Notes: generated by a model not told the origin, from the sequence alone. Counted from the stretch's first letter, positions 9,791 through 19,737 are shown. The stretch is DNA of 64,000 nucleotides from Fimbriimonadales bacterium (GCA_025061985.1 JANXAW010000026.1:22738-86737); one strand, 5' to 3'. Translations and numbers: made by a program.

Positions 9791-11101
9791 CTATATGCCT
9801 CCGCGCGCCTTAACCTGCAAATAGTGGTTGACCAAAGCGGGCACTAAAGTGTCAGGGTCGGCGTCGATGCAGTGGATTCCCATCCGCTCCAAGGTACGAA
9901 TAGCTGCAAGGCGGTCGCTGAGCGTTTGCGTGGCAACTGCACGACGATAAAAAGTGGCGGGGGTGTCGGGCACTTGGCGGCTCCACGCATGTAAGCGCGG
10001 GTCTGCTACTGTAGCTGCCACGCACAGATGTTGCTGGCTCAAAGCACGCAATGCATGAAGCACCATCCGCGATGCGTCGGGGTCAATCAGGTCAGTAAAC
10101 AGTACGATAAGCGAGCGCTTGCGCCAACGCTTTGCTAAGTAAGTGGAGGCGTACAGGTAGTCTGGCTCTACCAAGCGAGGCTGAACATCGTGGAGTGTCT
10201 CTACAATCTTGCCAACCTGGCTGCGCCCCCGTTGGGGCACGAGGAACGCATCAATTTCGTCAGCGAACACCAGCGCTCCCACCTTGTCGTCCATCTGTAC
10301 AGCAACATATGCCAACATCAACGCTGCGTTGAGCACTGCATCAAACTTGCGCTTGCCTTTCACTTCCGCCAGCATGTTGCGCCCTGCATCCAGCATTAGC
10401 ACCACGCTTTGGCTACGCTCGACCTGGTAATCCCGCACGATAGGTTTACCGCGACGCGCCGTGGCTTTCCAATCGATTTTGCGGAACTCGTCATCAGGGG
10501 TGTATTCGCGCAATGACTCGAATTCGGTGCCCTGCCCGCGCAATCGCAGTTGGCGAAAGCCCATCTGTTGGAGCCGTCCTCGGTGGCGCAGTAGGTCATA
10601 CTCCCGCAGTTGCAGTAGGTTTGGGTAAACGGGCACGCGCTCGCGTGCTGGTAAGCGGTAATCCCGCGCCGTAAGTCCCAAAAGCCCCTCCACACGCAAG
10701 AACACATCCTCAAAGCGTGCCTCTCCTCGATAGCGTGGCGTAAGGTGATAAGTAACGCGAACCACTTGATCGGGTACCAGCTTCACGGCGAACTCGCGCT
10801 GGTCATAGTCGCAAAATGGCGGTGGCTCGTCGCGCAGCCGAGCGCGGCGTACCGTGCGCATCGTGTGACGCAGCAGCAGTTCGATTCGATTGGACGCGCC
10901 TAGGGAGAGCACACGCTCGTGCTTGCGTTGAACCTCGAACGCGCTTGCACGGGGCAAAGTAAAGGCATCCGTGGTGATCGCGAGAACCGCCAGTAGGTCT
11001 ACAAGCAGCACTAGCCCTAGCAAATCAGGGCGGGCGGCGCCCGCCAGGGCAACCAGCCCGCCCAATCCCAGCGCGATCCACGCGCGGTAGGTTAGCACCA
11101 T
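9791..11101 (-). CDS. DUF58 / vWA-like domain protein
   Basis: GQGTEFESLREY...DEFRKIDWKATAR, MLDAGRNM, LFTDL; N-terminal TM helices. Confidence 0.88.
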   Translation of the reverse strand: MVLTYRAWIALGLGGLVALAGAARPDLLGLVLLVDLLAVLAITTDAFTLPRASAFEVQRKHERVLSLGASNRIELLLRHTMRTVRRARLRDEPPPFCDYDQREFAVKLVPDQVVRVTYHLTPRYRGEARFEDVFLRVEGLLGLTARDYRLPARERVPVYPNLLQLREYDLLRHRGRLQQMGFRQLRLRGQGTEFESLREYTPDDEFRKIDWKATARRGKPIVRDYQVERSQSVVLMLDAGRNMLAEVKGKRKFDAVLNAALMLAYVAVQMDDKVGALVFADEIDAFLVPQRGRSQVGKIVETLHDVQPRLVEPDYLYASTYLAKRWRKRSLIVLFTDLIDPDASRMVLHALRALSQQHLCVAATVADPRLHAWSRQVPDTPATFYRRAVATQTLSDRLAAIRTLERMGIHCIDADPDTLVPALVNHYLQVKARGGI

Positions 11102-11105
11102 TAGA

Positions 11106-11993
11106 CTAGAGCCGAATGTACTTGTAGCACTTGCCCAAGTTGTCTTCGGTCACTACGCCCTCCAGATAGGGGCGGCACGAGTTGAATGGGTCGTTCGGTT
11201 GCGTGCCCACATACCGGGCGTAGGGCGTGCCCGACACACACCAGAAGTCAGCTCCTTCGCGTCTGACGAAGGGGTCTGCACCAGAGCGCCCTGGGTAAGT
11301 ATAGAACATCCCCTGCCCAGCTTGCCCCAGCTTGCGCGCTTTCACGGCCTTTGCATGCCCGTCCACATAGTTGGCTTGCACGAACTCGCTGTGGCGCGCG
11401 CGCACAGGCACGATTAGGAAAATGGTGCTTAAGTCAGGCTTGCGTCGAAGCACGTTGCCTGTACCCCCAAGCGCCAAGTCGGCTTCGAAGTTAATGGTTG
11501 TCTCCGCCGGGAACTCCACCTCGGCAAGTGAAACCGTTCCTTTCCTAACAGCGGCCGGATTCTGGTCGATCCGAGTGCGCCCAGGCGGCAGCAGGTCGTA
11601 GTTGTACATATAGCTAATCGTCTCGGGCAAGTTGCAAGTGGGAATGCCAAGTACTGCGACAAAGCCTGCATTCAAGTAGAGCGCGTTCGGCTCGCTGGGG
11701 CACCTTACAATGTCAAGATTCTTGATGTAAGGGTAGATGGCGTCGAATAGGGTAAACGCGCATGGTCGCCCAGCAGCGTTGAAAGCAGGCTCGTACACAG
11801 CCATCGGAAATTTCTCGTCGTAGTCATGGGTGTAGGCGAGTGTGGCTGTCGCCATCTGCTTGAGGTTGTTCATGCACTGGGTCTGGCGCGCTTTCTCGCG
11901 CGCTTGCGCAAACACCGGGAACAGAATCGCAGCTAGAATGGCGATAATCGCGATTACCACCAATAGCTCGATTAGTGTGAAGCCTTTTCGCAT
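11106..11993 (-). CDS. Prepilin-type N-terminal cleavage/methylation protein with H-X9-DG motif (DUF1559-like)
   Basis: [44 protein letters not shown]; C-P-S motif; [12 protein letters not shown]. Confidence 0.93.
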   Translation of the reverse strand: MRKGFTLIELLVVIAIIAILAAILFPVFAQAREKARQTQCMNNLKQMATATLAYTHDYDEKFPMAVYEPAFNAAGRPCAFTLFDAIYPYIKNLDIVRCPSEPNALYLNAGFVAVLGIPTCNLPETISYMYNYDLLPPGRTRIDQNPAAVRKGTVSLAEVEFPAETTINFEADLALGGTGNVLRRKPDLSTIFLIVPVRARHSEFVQANYVDGHAKAVKARKLGQAGQGMFYTYPGRSGADPFVRREGADFWCVSGTPYARYVGTQPNDPFNSCRPYLEGVVTEDNLGKCYKYIRL

Positions 11994-12019
11994 ACTGCAT
12001 CCTCCTCGGCAAAGTTAGG

Positions 12020-12113
12020 CTCTGGAACTCCCGGCAGTGCTCCAGAAAGGTGGCATCAGCCCCTTCTGCCAGGCGGACATCCCCTACCACCTTCCTGTGG
12101 CATGCCTATTATA
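12020..12113 (-). promoter_or_regulatory. TATAAT -10 element and structured leader of about 110 nt upstream of the prepilin gene
   Basis: TATAAT at 12113-12108; stem CAGGAAGGTGGTA/TGCCACCTTTCTG plus an overlapping CTGGAGC/GTTCCAG hairpin. Confidence 0.5.
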
Positions 12114-12169
12114 CATCTTACACATCGCCCTATGGACTCCTGCTGGAAGTCGCGAGACTTACTGGACGG

Positions 12170-13210
12170 TTAGTCATAAGAAAACTCCTCGTCGGCGCGG
12201 TAGCTACTCGTCAGTTGCTTGACTAACTGGCGCAGGAGGTCGTTAAGCAAGGCACTTGCGCCGAAGCGAAACCGCTCAGGCGTAAGCCACATTTCGCCCA
12301 GCGTTTCGTACACCAGCACGAGATAGCGCAGAGCGTCTTTTGCCGTGCGAATGCCCCCCGCGGGTTTCATACCCACGGCGCGCCCCGTAGCGTCGTAAAA
12401 ATCGCGAATCGCTTCTAACATCACCAAGGTGGCAGGCAACGTAGCTGCGGGCTGTATTTTGCCTGTGCTGGTTTTGATGAAATCGGCTCCCGCCATCAAA
12501 GCGATATGCGCTGCGCGACGGATGGCGTCGTAGTCGCCTAACTCCCCTGTTTCTAAGATGACCTTGAGGCGAACACGCTCCCCGCAAAGCTCTTTGACCC
12601 TGGCGATTTCGTCGAACACACGCCGATAGTCCCCCTGCAAAAACGCTCCGCGATTGATGACCATATCGATCTCGTCGGCTCCCTCGCGGATTGCCCATTT
12701 CACATCGGCAAGGCGTAGCGAGAAGGGATATTGCCCTGATGGGAACGCAGTAGCCACGGTCGCCACTTTGACAGGAGTGCCTTGCAATGCCTCCTTCGCA
12801 ACGCCAATAAAGTTCGGATACACGCACACAGCGGCTACAGGGGGCGCTGCGACGGTCTCAGCGTCTGGCATGCCCGCGCGCGGCGTGTAGGGTTGACGCG
12901 CGCGGCTACATAGGCGGCGCACTTTCTCTACTGTGTCTGCCCCCTCCAGCGTGGTGAGATCGCACATGCTAATCGCAAGACGCAGCGCGTTAATCTTGGT
13001 GTGTTTTTTGAGGCTGCGCTTGCTCAGCCACTCGCAGCGCTGCTGCAGTTCATAAGCGTTCACGGGAGGCACAGTGCGCCACGCTTGCCCTGCTCTCGGG
13101 ATAAGGCGACGCAACGCCTTGTGGTCGGAAATGTCTACGCCCACCAGTTCGCCAAACGGGATAGGCGCTGGTTGCACTCGCAACGGTTTGGTGGCAGCAG
13201 TTGTTGGCAT
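12170..13210 (-). CDS. deoC: Deoxyribose-phosphate aldolase (long form)
   Basis: DLTTLEG, AAVCVYP, EIDMVINRG, LKVILETGEL, DFIKTSTGK, KPAGGIR, RFGASALL. Confidence 0.93.
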   Translation of the reverse strand: MPTTAATKPLRVQPAPIPFGELVGVDISDHKALRRLIPRAGQAWRTVPPVNAYELQQRCEWLSKRSLKKHTKINALRLAISMCDLTTLEGADTVEKVRRLCSRARQPYTPRAGMPDAETVAAPPVAAVCVYPNFIGVAKEALQGTPVKVATVATAFPSGQYPFSLRLADVKWAIREGADEIDMVINRGAFLQGDYRRVFDEIARVKELCGERVRLKVILETGELGDYDAIRRAAHIALMAGADFIKTSTGKIQPAATLPATLVMLEAIRDFYDATGRAVGMKPAGGIRTAKDALRYLVLVYETLGEMWLTPERFRFGASALLNDLLRQLVKQLTSSYRADEEFSYD

Positions 13211-13290
13211 ATGCTACTTGATATGCCCACGCTCGTCAGATTCCTGCTGAGTTGCCCTATTCGAGGTAGAATCGAAGGTGGTGAGGCTCT

Positions 13291-14352
13291 GTGCCACGCC
13301 GCGCGGCTACAGATCCAAACGTGTTGGATGCGCGCAAGGCAGCGATTTTGCGCGCGGTAACGCGCGAGCATATCCGCACGGGTGAACCCGTTGGCTCGCA
13401 GGCGATTGTGCAACGCTACGCGCTGGGTATCAAGCCCGCCACAGTGCGCAACGAGATGGCGGTGATGACGGAATATGGCTATCTGCTTCAGCCGCATACC
13501 AGCGCGGGGCGTGTGCCGACCACGCGCGGCTATCGCTACTACGTAGAACACCTAATCGGTGGCGTTCCAAGGCTGCGCATTGAAAGCTACCTCAAGCAGC
13601 TGCCCGAACCTGGCGAGAGCCTTGAAGAGACATTAGAAGCTACGCTGCAAATCTTAGCACGCGCTGCCCGCTACATTGCCTTCGCCGCCACGGCGCGCGA
13701 TGAAACGATCCGTGTGCTACGCTACGTGCTAACCCCTTGTGGCGCGCGGCGCGTGCTCTCGGTGGTGATTTTAGAACATGGCGCGGTCGATAACCGTTTG
13801 GTAGAGCTGGGCTATGCGCCTTCTCAGCGCGCCCTCAACCGTATCCAGGGCGTGCTCGCCTCGCTGATTGAGGGGCAAACCGTGCGCGCCGTGCTGCAGT
13901 TAGACCCAAACCAACCCCCCGCTATGGAGTCGCCAGAGGAGCGCGAGGCAATTGCAACGCTATTGCGCACAGCCCAACATCAACTTCAGGAGGCAACTGA
14001 GGGCGAACTACTTTATGCAGGCACGGTGTACATGCTCCACCAGCCTGAGTTTCAGCGTGAGGTGTACCAGCTGGAGGCGGTCTTGCGCGTGCTGGAAGAG
14101 CGTAAGTCGCTCTACCGCCTGCTTCGAAAGCACGGCGAAGCAGATGTGCAACTCACTATTGGCGAGGAGAACCCGATAGAGGCGTTGCGCTGCTGCACGC
14201 TGATTAGCGCGCGCTACTATGTGGGTACGCGCCCTGCGGGAGTGATTGGGCTAATGGGACCCGTGCGCATGGACTATGACCACGCCCTGCCTACCGTTCG
14301 TCGCACGGCGCAGGCACTAAGCGACTTGCTCACACGCACCCTGCTTTCGTAG
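13291..14352 (+). CDS. hrcA: Heat-inducible transcription repressor HrcA
   Basis: EPVGS, ATVRNEM, QPHTSAGRVPT..GYRYYV, GLMGPVRMDY. Confidence 0.93.
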   Translation: MPRRAATDPNVLDARKAAILRAVTREHIRTGEPVGSQAIVQRYALGIKPATVRNEMAVMTEYGYLLQPHTSAGRVPTTRGYRYYVEHLIGGVPRLRIESYLKQLPEPGESLEETLEATLQILARAARYIAFAATARDETIRVLRYVLTPCGARRVLSVVILEHGAVDNRLVELGYAPSQRALNRIQGVLASLIEGQTVRAVLQLDPNQPPAMESPEEREAIATLLRTAQHQLQEATEGELLYAGTVYMLHQPEFQREVYQLEAVLRVLEERKSLYRLLRKHGEADVQLTIGEENPIEALRCCTLISARYYVGTRPAGVIGLMGPVRMDYDHALPTVRRTAQALSDLLTRTLLS

Positions 14353-14387
14353 CGTCAGCATCCGCGCTAACATAGGAGAGTTCCACG

Positions 14388-14957
14388 ATGCGAGTTCTGA
14401 TGATTGACAACTACGACAGTTTTACTTACAATCTGGTGCAATACCTTGGCGAGCTGGGCGCGGATATCACCGTCGTGCGTAACGACGAAATCACCGTCGA
14501 GCAGGCGCTTGCCCTCAAACCCGACCGCATTGTAATCTCGCCTGGCCCGTGCACTCCCTATGAGGCAGGCATCAGCATCCCGCTAATCCAGGCAGCTGCA
14601 GGCAAAGTTCCCCTCTTAGGCGTATGCTTGGGGCACCAAGCGATCGGCGCGGCATTTGGTGGCAAGATTGTACGTGCGAAACGCCCTATGCACGGCAAAG
14701 AGTCGCTGGTGCGCCATACGAACGTGGGCGTGTTTCGCGGCACACCGAACCCCTTGCGCGCCATCCGCTACCACTCGCTGGTCATTGAGCGCGCCACTCT
14801 CCCCGACTGCCTCGAAATCACTGCCGAAAGCGAGGATGACCACGAGATTATGGGCGTGCGCCACAAAGCCTATCCTATCGAGGGCGTGCAATTTCACCCC
14901 GAATCGATCCTTAGCGAGGCGGGGATGCAAATCCTAAAGAACTTTTTGGAGGGCTAA
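14388..14957 (+). CDS. trpG: Anthranilate/aminodeoxychorismate synthase glutamine amidotransferase component
   Basis: [39 protein letters not shown]. Confidence 0.92.
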   Translation: MRVLMIDNYDSFTYNLVQYLGELGADITVVRNDEITVEQALALKPDRIVISPGPCTPYEAGISIPLIQAAAGKVPLLGVCLGHQAIGAAFGGKIVRAKRPMHGKESLVRHTNVGVFRGTPNPLRAIRYHSLVIERATLPDCLEITAESEDDHEIMGVRHKAYPIEGVQFHPESILSEAGMQILKNFLEG

Positions 14958-14975
14958 GCCCTTGCGGTCTGCTCC

Positions 14976-17957
14976 ATGCAGGCAGTAATGCTTGAAGGGA
15001 TCGCCTTCGAACAGCCCGAGCGTGCGGCTCGTCTTTGGGCGCGCTGGCGCGGTACGGGCGCGCAGGCAGAGCTGTTCGATACCTTTGCCCCTGTGCTGGT
15101 GGATGCGCTCCGAGATGCCCCTGACCCCGACCGCTTGCTGCTGAACTTTGACCGTTGGCTGGAATCGCTTGGAGCCACGCTCACCTACTACCGCCTGTTT
15201 GCCGACTCGCCTGCTGCGCTCAAGCCCGCGCTGACGCTGTTTGCCACTTCGCAGTACATGGCCGACACTGTCTTGCAAAACCCTGAACTAAGCGAGCTGT
15301 TGCTGGATGTGTCGTTGCTCACTCGCCCGCGAACGCGGGCGGATTTGCGTCGCGACGTGGCGCGTCTTTTCAAAGCCTGCACCACCTACTGGATGAAGTT
15401 AGACCGTCTGCGCGCCTTCAAGCAACAGGAAGTGTTGCGCATCACTGCGCTCGATGTGTTGGGCAAAGCCTCTTTGCCAGAGGTGGCACGCCGATTGTCG
15501 GATTTGGCGGATGTATGCGTTGGCGCGGTGTTGGAAGCCTGCCATCAAGAGCTGAGCGCTCAGCAAGGTGTGTCGGGCGAACATGGGCTGAGCGTGATTG
15601 GCATGGGCAAGTGGGGCGGGCGCGAGCTGAACTATAGCTCCGATATTGACCTCATCCTAATCTGTGCGGATCAGCCGCCCCTGCGTGGCGCGCGCGATCC
15701 CCTTGCCTACCTCACCAAGCTTGCGGAGATGCTGGTCAAAGCCCTCTCGGAGCCGATGCGCCGCGGGATTGTGTTTCGCGTGGATTTGCGCTTGCGCCCC
15801 GAAGGCAGGTTTGGTCCGCTGGTGCGTACGCTGAGTGCTGCTGTACACTACTACGAGAACTGGGCGGAGCTGTGGGAGCGTCAAGCGATGCTCAAGGCGC
15901 GCGTGTGCGCGGGCGACCCGCGCGTGGGTGCAACTTTCTTAGAGCAGCTGCAGGGCTGGCTGTACCGCCCTGCCTTCAGCGAGGCGGAGCTTGCCGAGCT
16001 TGCTGACCAACGCGCCCGCCTTGAGGCGCAAGCGCGCGCCCGCAACGCGCTTGAAACCGACATCAAAAACGGTTGGGGTGGCATCCGCGACATTGAGTTC
16101 GCCACGCAAGCCCTACAGTTGATTTTGGGGGGCAAGTACCCACGCCTGCGCACGCCCAACACGCTGGAAGCGCTCCATCGGCTCAAGACGGCGCGCCTGC
16201 TATCCGCCGCTGAAGCCGACGCGCTCAGCAACGCCTACTGCTTCCTGCGCACCGTGGAGCATCGCCTGCAGATCCAGTACGGGCATCAAACCCACACACT
16301 GCCCAGCGCGCCTGCGGAACGCGCCCGCTTTGCCAAGCTCATGGGCTACGCCGATCCAAGCGCGTTCGAGGCTGACCTGCAACGCCATCGGGAAGTCGCC
16401 CACCAGTACCGCGAGCGCGTGCTGCGCACGCCTACCTCAGAGGCAGCAACAGGCGTTATCCAGTTGGAAGCGGTGAGCCAGCGTACGCTTGAACCGCTCA
16501 CCCCGTTGCTAGGCACGCCCGAAGGCGAACCGCAGTGGCTACATGCGCTTCAAGAACTTGGCTTTAGGGAACCATCGCGTGCCTACTCCGTGCTAGTAGC
16601 TAATATCGTCGGCACACCGTACGGGATTCCCACGCCTGAGGCGCGTCGTGCCTTTGAAGCGGTACTACCCAAGATGCTTGCTGCCTGTGCCCGAACGCCT
16701 GACCCTGACCGCGCGCTGACTGGGCTGGAGCAGTTGGCAGACGCCTACCCAAACCGCGCCTCGCTGTTCGCTGCGTTTGCAGAGTCGCCTGAGGTGCTGA
16801 CGCGCCTTGCGGAGTTGGCACAGGCGCCTCCACTGTGGAACCGCCTGCTGGCGCGCTTGGAGCTATTGGATATGCTGTTTGGCGAGGAGATTGTGGCGCG
16901 TGGCGCCAAAAGCCGTGCACAGCATGCGGAAGCCCTACAGCAACGCCTCAGCCATTGCCGCACTGTGAATGCACGCCTAACCAATCTTGCAGCCTATGCG
17001 CGGCGCGAGCAGCTGCGCATCGGCGCTCGTGACCTGTGGGGCGAAACCAGCCCTGAGCAAACCGCACGCGACCTTACTGCCTTAGCTGAAGTATTGCTTA
17101 TCCAGCTTTGGCAGACGCTCGCCCCTGATGTACCGATCCTGATTATCGGCTGGGGCAGTTTGGGTGCGGGCGACCTCGGCTACCGCAGCGACTGGGATAT
17201 CGCCTTCGCTTGCGCCGACACTGCTGACCTTGAGCGCGTGCATGCGTGCGCCCAACAGTTCCTAAGCCACTGCCAGCAACTGGCTGAGCAAGGCGCGTTT
17301 CGCCCCGTAGATACGCAGCTGCGCCCTGAGGGCAAAGCGGGTGCGCTGGTACGCACGCTCTTGGGCTGGGCAAGCTACTTTGCGAACACTGCCGAGCCGT
17401 GGGAACGGTTGGCTGCCCTTCGCGCACGCCCGCTCAATCCCGAATCGCCCCTCAGCGAGCCGTTTCTGCACGCGCTAAACGCCTTCCGCTACGGCACGCC
17501 GCCTACGCCTGAAGCCTTGCAAGCAATGCATCACCTCATCCAGCGCGCGCTCACCGAGCGCGTACCCCCCACTCAGTTGCAAAACCACCTCAAGCTAGGG
17601 CGTGCGGGGCAAGCCGTCATTGATTTCCTCACCCACTGGCTGGTCGTGCAGCACGCCACCCTACAAGACCACCCGCACTCCCTTGAAACCTGCGCGCAGT
17701 TAGAGTGGCTGTGGCGTCGCGGTCTCATAGAGCGTGCCGACCACGATGCACTGGTTGAGGCATGGCAGTTTCTGTACCATCTGCGCAACCGATTGACGCT
17801 GCTGTTTGACCACGCGCCCGAAACACTTCCTACGGGCGAGGCGTTAGAGACCGTCGCACGAAGCCTTAACTTCCCCAACGGGCACGCGCTGCAAGCAGCC
17901 GTTCAGGAACATCAGGCGAATCTTCGGGCAATCGCAGAGCGGTTCTGGCATCGCTAA
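14976..17957 (+). CDS. glnE: Glutamine synthetase adenylyltransferase/adenylyl-removing enzyme GlnE
   Basis: GMGKWGGRELNYSSDIDL, RVDLRLRPEG, DIKNGWGGIRDIEF; second NT domain GSLGAGDLGYRSDWD...LRPEG. Confidence 0.9.
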   Translation: MQAVMLEGIAFEQPERAARLWARWRGTGAQAELFDTFAPVLVDALRDAPDPDRLLLNFDRWLESLGATLTYYRLFADSPAALKPALTLFATSQYMADTVLQNPELSELLLDVSLLTRPRTRADLRRDVARLFKACTTYWMKLDRLRAFKQQEVLRITALDVLGKASLPEVARRLSDLADVCVGAVLEACHQELSAQQGVSGEHGLSVIGMGKWGGRELNYSSDIDLILICADQPPLRGARDPLAYLTKLAEMLVKALSEPMRRGIVFRVDLRLRPEGRFGPLVRTLSAAVHYYENWAELWERQAMLKARVCAGDPRVGATFLEQLQGWLYRPAFSEAELAELADQRARLEAQARARNALETDIKNGWGGIRDIEFATQALQLILGGKYPRLRTPNTLEALHRLKTARLLSAAEADALSNAYCFLRTVEHRLQIQYGHQTHTLPSAPAERARFAKLMGYADPSAFEADLQRHREVAHQYRERVLRTPTSEAATGVIQLEAVSQRTLEPLTPLLGTPEGEPQWLHALQELGFREPSRAYSVLVANIVGTPYGIPTPEARRAFEAVLPKMLAACARTPDPDRALTGLEQLADAYPNRASLFAAFAESPEVLTRLAELAQAPPLWNRLLARLELLDMLFGEEIVARGAKSRAQHAEALQQRLSHCRTVNARLTNLAAYARREQLRIGARDLWGETSPEQTARDLTALAEVLLIQLWQTLAPDVPILIIGWGSLGAGDLGYRSDWDIAFACADTADLERVHACAQQFLSHCQQLAEQGAFRPVDTQLRPEGKAGALVRTLLGWASYFANTAEPWERLAALRARPLNPESPLSEPFLHALNAFRYGTPPTPEALQAMHHLIQRALTERVPPTQLQNHLKLGRAGQAVIDFLTHWLVVQHATLQDHPHSLETCAQLEWLWRRGLIERADHDALVEAWQFLYHLRNRLTLLFDHAPETLPTGEALETVARSLNFPNGHALQAAVQEHQANLRAIAERFWHR

Positions 17958-17994
17958 GCGCCTTTCGGCGCGATGATACAGGTATCATACGGAC

Positions 17995-18459
17995 ATGCAA
18001 CAACAGCGCCGTGAGCCACCAAAAGAGCCAACCGAGCGCGAACTGCGCGCGATAGAACAGCGCGTGCACCAGCTCGTCAACGAACAGCGCAAACGCTTCA
18101 AGTTGCCGCCGTTAGCATGGCGCGAGGATGTTGCCCGCGCTGCCCGCGACCACAGCAAAAACATGGCAGAGCGCAACTTCTTCAGCCACACTGACCCCCG
18201 CTTGGGCGATGTAGATAAGCGACTGAACCGCTTTCGCATCCCATGGCGCGCTTGCGGTGAGAACATCTCAGTGCTGCAGGGCTACAAAGACCCCGCGCGC
18301 GTCGCCGTCCAAGGCTGGATGAGCAGCCCCGAACACCGCGCCAACATCTTGCGCAAAGAGTTCACCCACGAGGGCGTCGGCGTCTTCTACCGCAGGCGCG
18401 ACCAGCGCTACTACTTCACCCAAATCTTCATCCGCCCTCCAGAGGAACCTAAGCGGTAG
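17995..18459 (+). CDS. CAP/SCP domain protein
   Basis: LVNEQR, ARDHSKNM...FFSH, GENI, WMSSPEHRANIL, GVGV, YFTQIF. Confidence 0.9.
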   Translation: MQQQRREPPKEPTERELRAIEQRVHQLVNEQRKRFKLPPLAWREDVARAARDHSKNMAERNFFSHTDPRLGDVDKRLNRFRIPWRACGENISVLQGYKDPARVAVQGWMSSPEHRANILRKEFTHEGVGVFYRRRDQRYYFTQIFIRPPEEPKR

Positions 18460-18466
18460 GAACAAC

Positions 18467-18535
18467 GTAGCGCCGCCGCCCCGTAGCACCAGCATCCACC
18501 GACAAAGTAGGGGCAGACCCAGAGAGTCTGCCCCT
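18467..18535 (+). repeat. Cluster of GTAG-type REP-like palindromes between convergent genes
   Basis: GTAG-GGGCAGAC-CCAGAGA-GTCTGCCC at 18507; two degenerate GTAG units at 18467 and 18483. Confidence 0.6.
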
Positions 18536-18603
18536 GAAAGCGTATCCCAAGATGCCTTTCCTCAGCGCCAGCTATCCCGCTGCCGCTGCGCATCCCAAAC
18601 GTA

Positions 18604-19737
18604 CTACAGCCGATTCGCCGAAGAACCCGCCTCAATCAGATACCAGCGACCATCTACTCGCTCGAAGGTGTAGTGGATGTAGACCAAGCGACGGATGCCC
18701 GTTGCCTCGTCGATGTAATGATGCTCGCCGCGCACTACAAGCTGCGTCTCGCCCCGTTTGGAGATGCGCGTGAAGCGAATCTGCTCGGTCTTGACCGCAC
18801 GGATGGCGTCCCGCGTAAGCTCTATAAAGTCTTGTGCAGGTAGCGAGTATGCGTACTGCCCGTCTAGGTAGATTGCTATGTAGCTATTCGGGCGGATGTA
18901 GCGCTCGACAAAGCTTGGGTCGCGCAGCAGCCACGCAGCCCGCAGGTCGCTCAGCAACCGTTGCTGCTCATCGGGCTGACGACGCTCCAAGTAGTAGGGC
19001 GACTCGATCTGCAAAGGTACTTCCACGAACACAGTGGACTGAGGTGGCATGTATGCCACTCGGTAGACCACGATAAACGGTGGGCACGGGTCGTAGTACC
19101 AATACGGCGCGTAGACGACGCGGTACGGCTCTGGATGCACATAGTAGTAGCGGTAGCTGAAGCGGAACCGCCCTAACTGATACTCCACATAGAAGCCCCC
19201 GTAGGCGTAAGTTGGATCGATAGGTACCAGCACGTAGCGATCGCGCCATCGGTGTGGGTTGAGTAGCTCTGCTTGGCGCACCAGCGCGGGCAGATTCGAG
19301 CCTTGGATCGGTGTTGGACGGTTCAGCTCCTCAGGCGTGGGTGGGGTCAGCACAGGGCGCGCTTCAAACGGCACGGGGCGTGCCTCCAGCGGCACGCGCC
19401 GCCCTTCCAGCGGCACACGCCCGATGTCAGCAGGTGTTTGCTCTCGATTGTCGCGTTGTTGTGGCGCGTTTTGGGCAGTAGAACTCACGCCCCCAGCAGA
19501 CGTGCTGTCGCCCCGTCGCTGCTTCTTGCGGAACGGGTTCTCTTCCTCTTGGCTGGAAGGTGCCCGCGAAGGCTGCGAGCTATTGCTCTGCTCGCGGTTT
19601 TCGATACGGCGTGGCTTGTTCCCTTGGTCGTCTTCTTGAACAAACGCTGACTCCGTTGTCGTGGCGGATGCTTCCACACTTGCGCCCACAAGCCCAGCGC
19701 AAAGTGCAACGCTTGCGATAAGCCACAAGTACCGCAT
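18604..19737 (-). CDS. Secreted hypothetical protein: disordered N-terminus, 7-aa repeats, Tyr-rich segment, NTF2-like C-terminal domain
   Basis: Signal peptide MRYLWLIASVAL; C-terminal ...YTFERVDGRWYLIE resembles an NTF2/SnoaL fold end. Confidence 0.7.
   Translation of the reverse strand: MRYLWLIASVALCAGLVGASVEASATTTESAFVQEDDQGNKPRRIENREQSNSSQPSRAPSSQEEENPFRKKQRRGDSTSAGGVSSTAQNAPQQRDNREQTPADIGRVPLEGRRVPLEARPVPFEARPVLTPPTPEELNRPTPIQGSNLPALVRQAELLNPHRWRDRYVLVPIDPTYAYGGFYVEYQLGRFRFSYRYYYVHPEPYRVVYAPYWYYDPCPPFIVVYRVAYMPPQSTVFVEVPLQIESPYYLERRQPDEQQRLLSDLRAAWLLRDPSFVERYIRPNSYIAIYLDGQYAYSLPAQDFIELTRDAIRAVKTEQIRFTRISKRGETQLVVRGEHHYIDEATGIRRLVYIHYTFERVDGRWYLIEAGSSANRL

Noticed and set aside
12042-12100. 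Fluoride riboswitch (3' part GGGCUGAUG..CCU resembles it)
   Set aside because: The 5' GGNGAUG-pseudoknot-CGCC nesting is absent and the downstream gene is not fluoride-related; kept only as an unknown structured leader.
13211-13290. CIRCE operator upstream of hrcA
   Set aside because: No TTAGCACTC-N9-GAGTGCTAA match seen.
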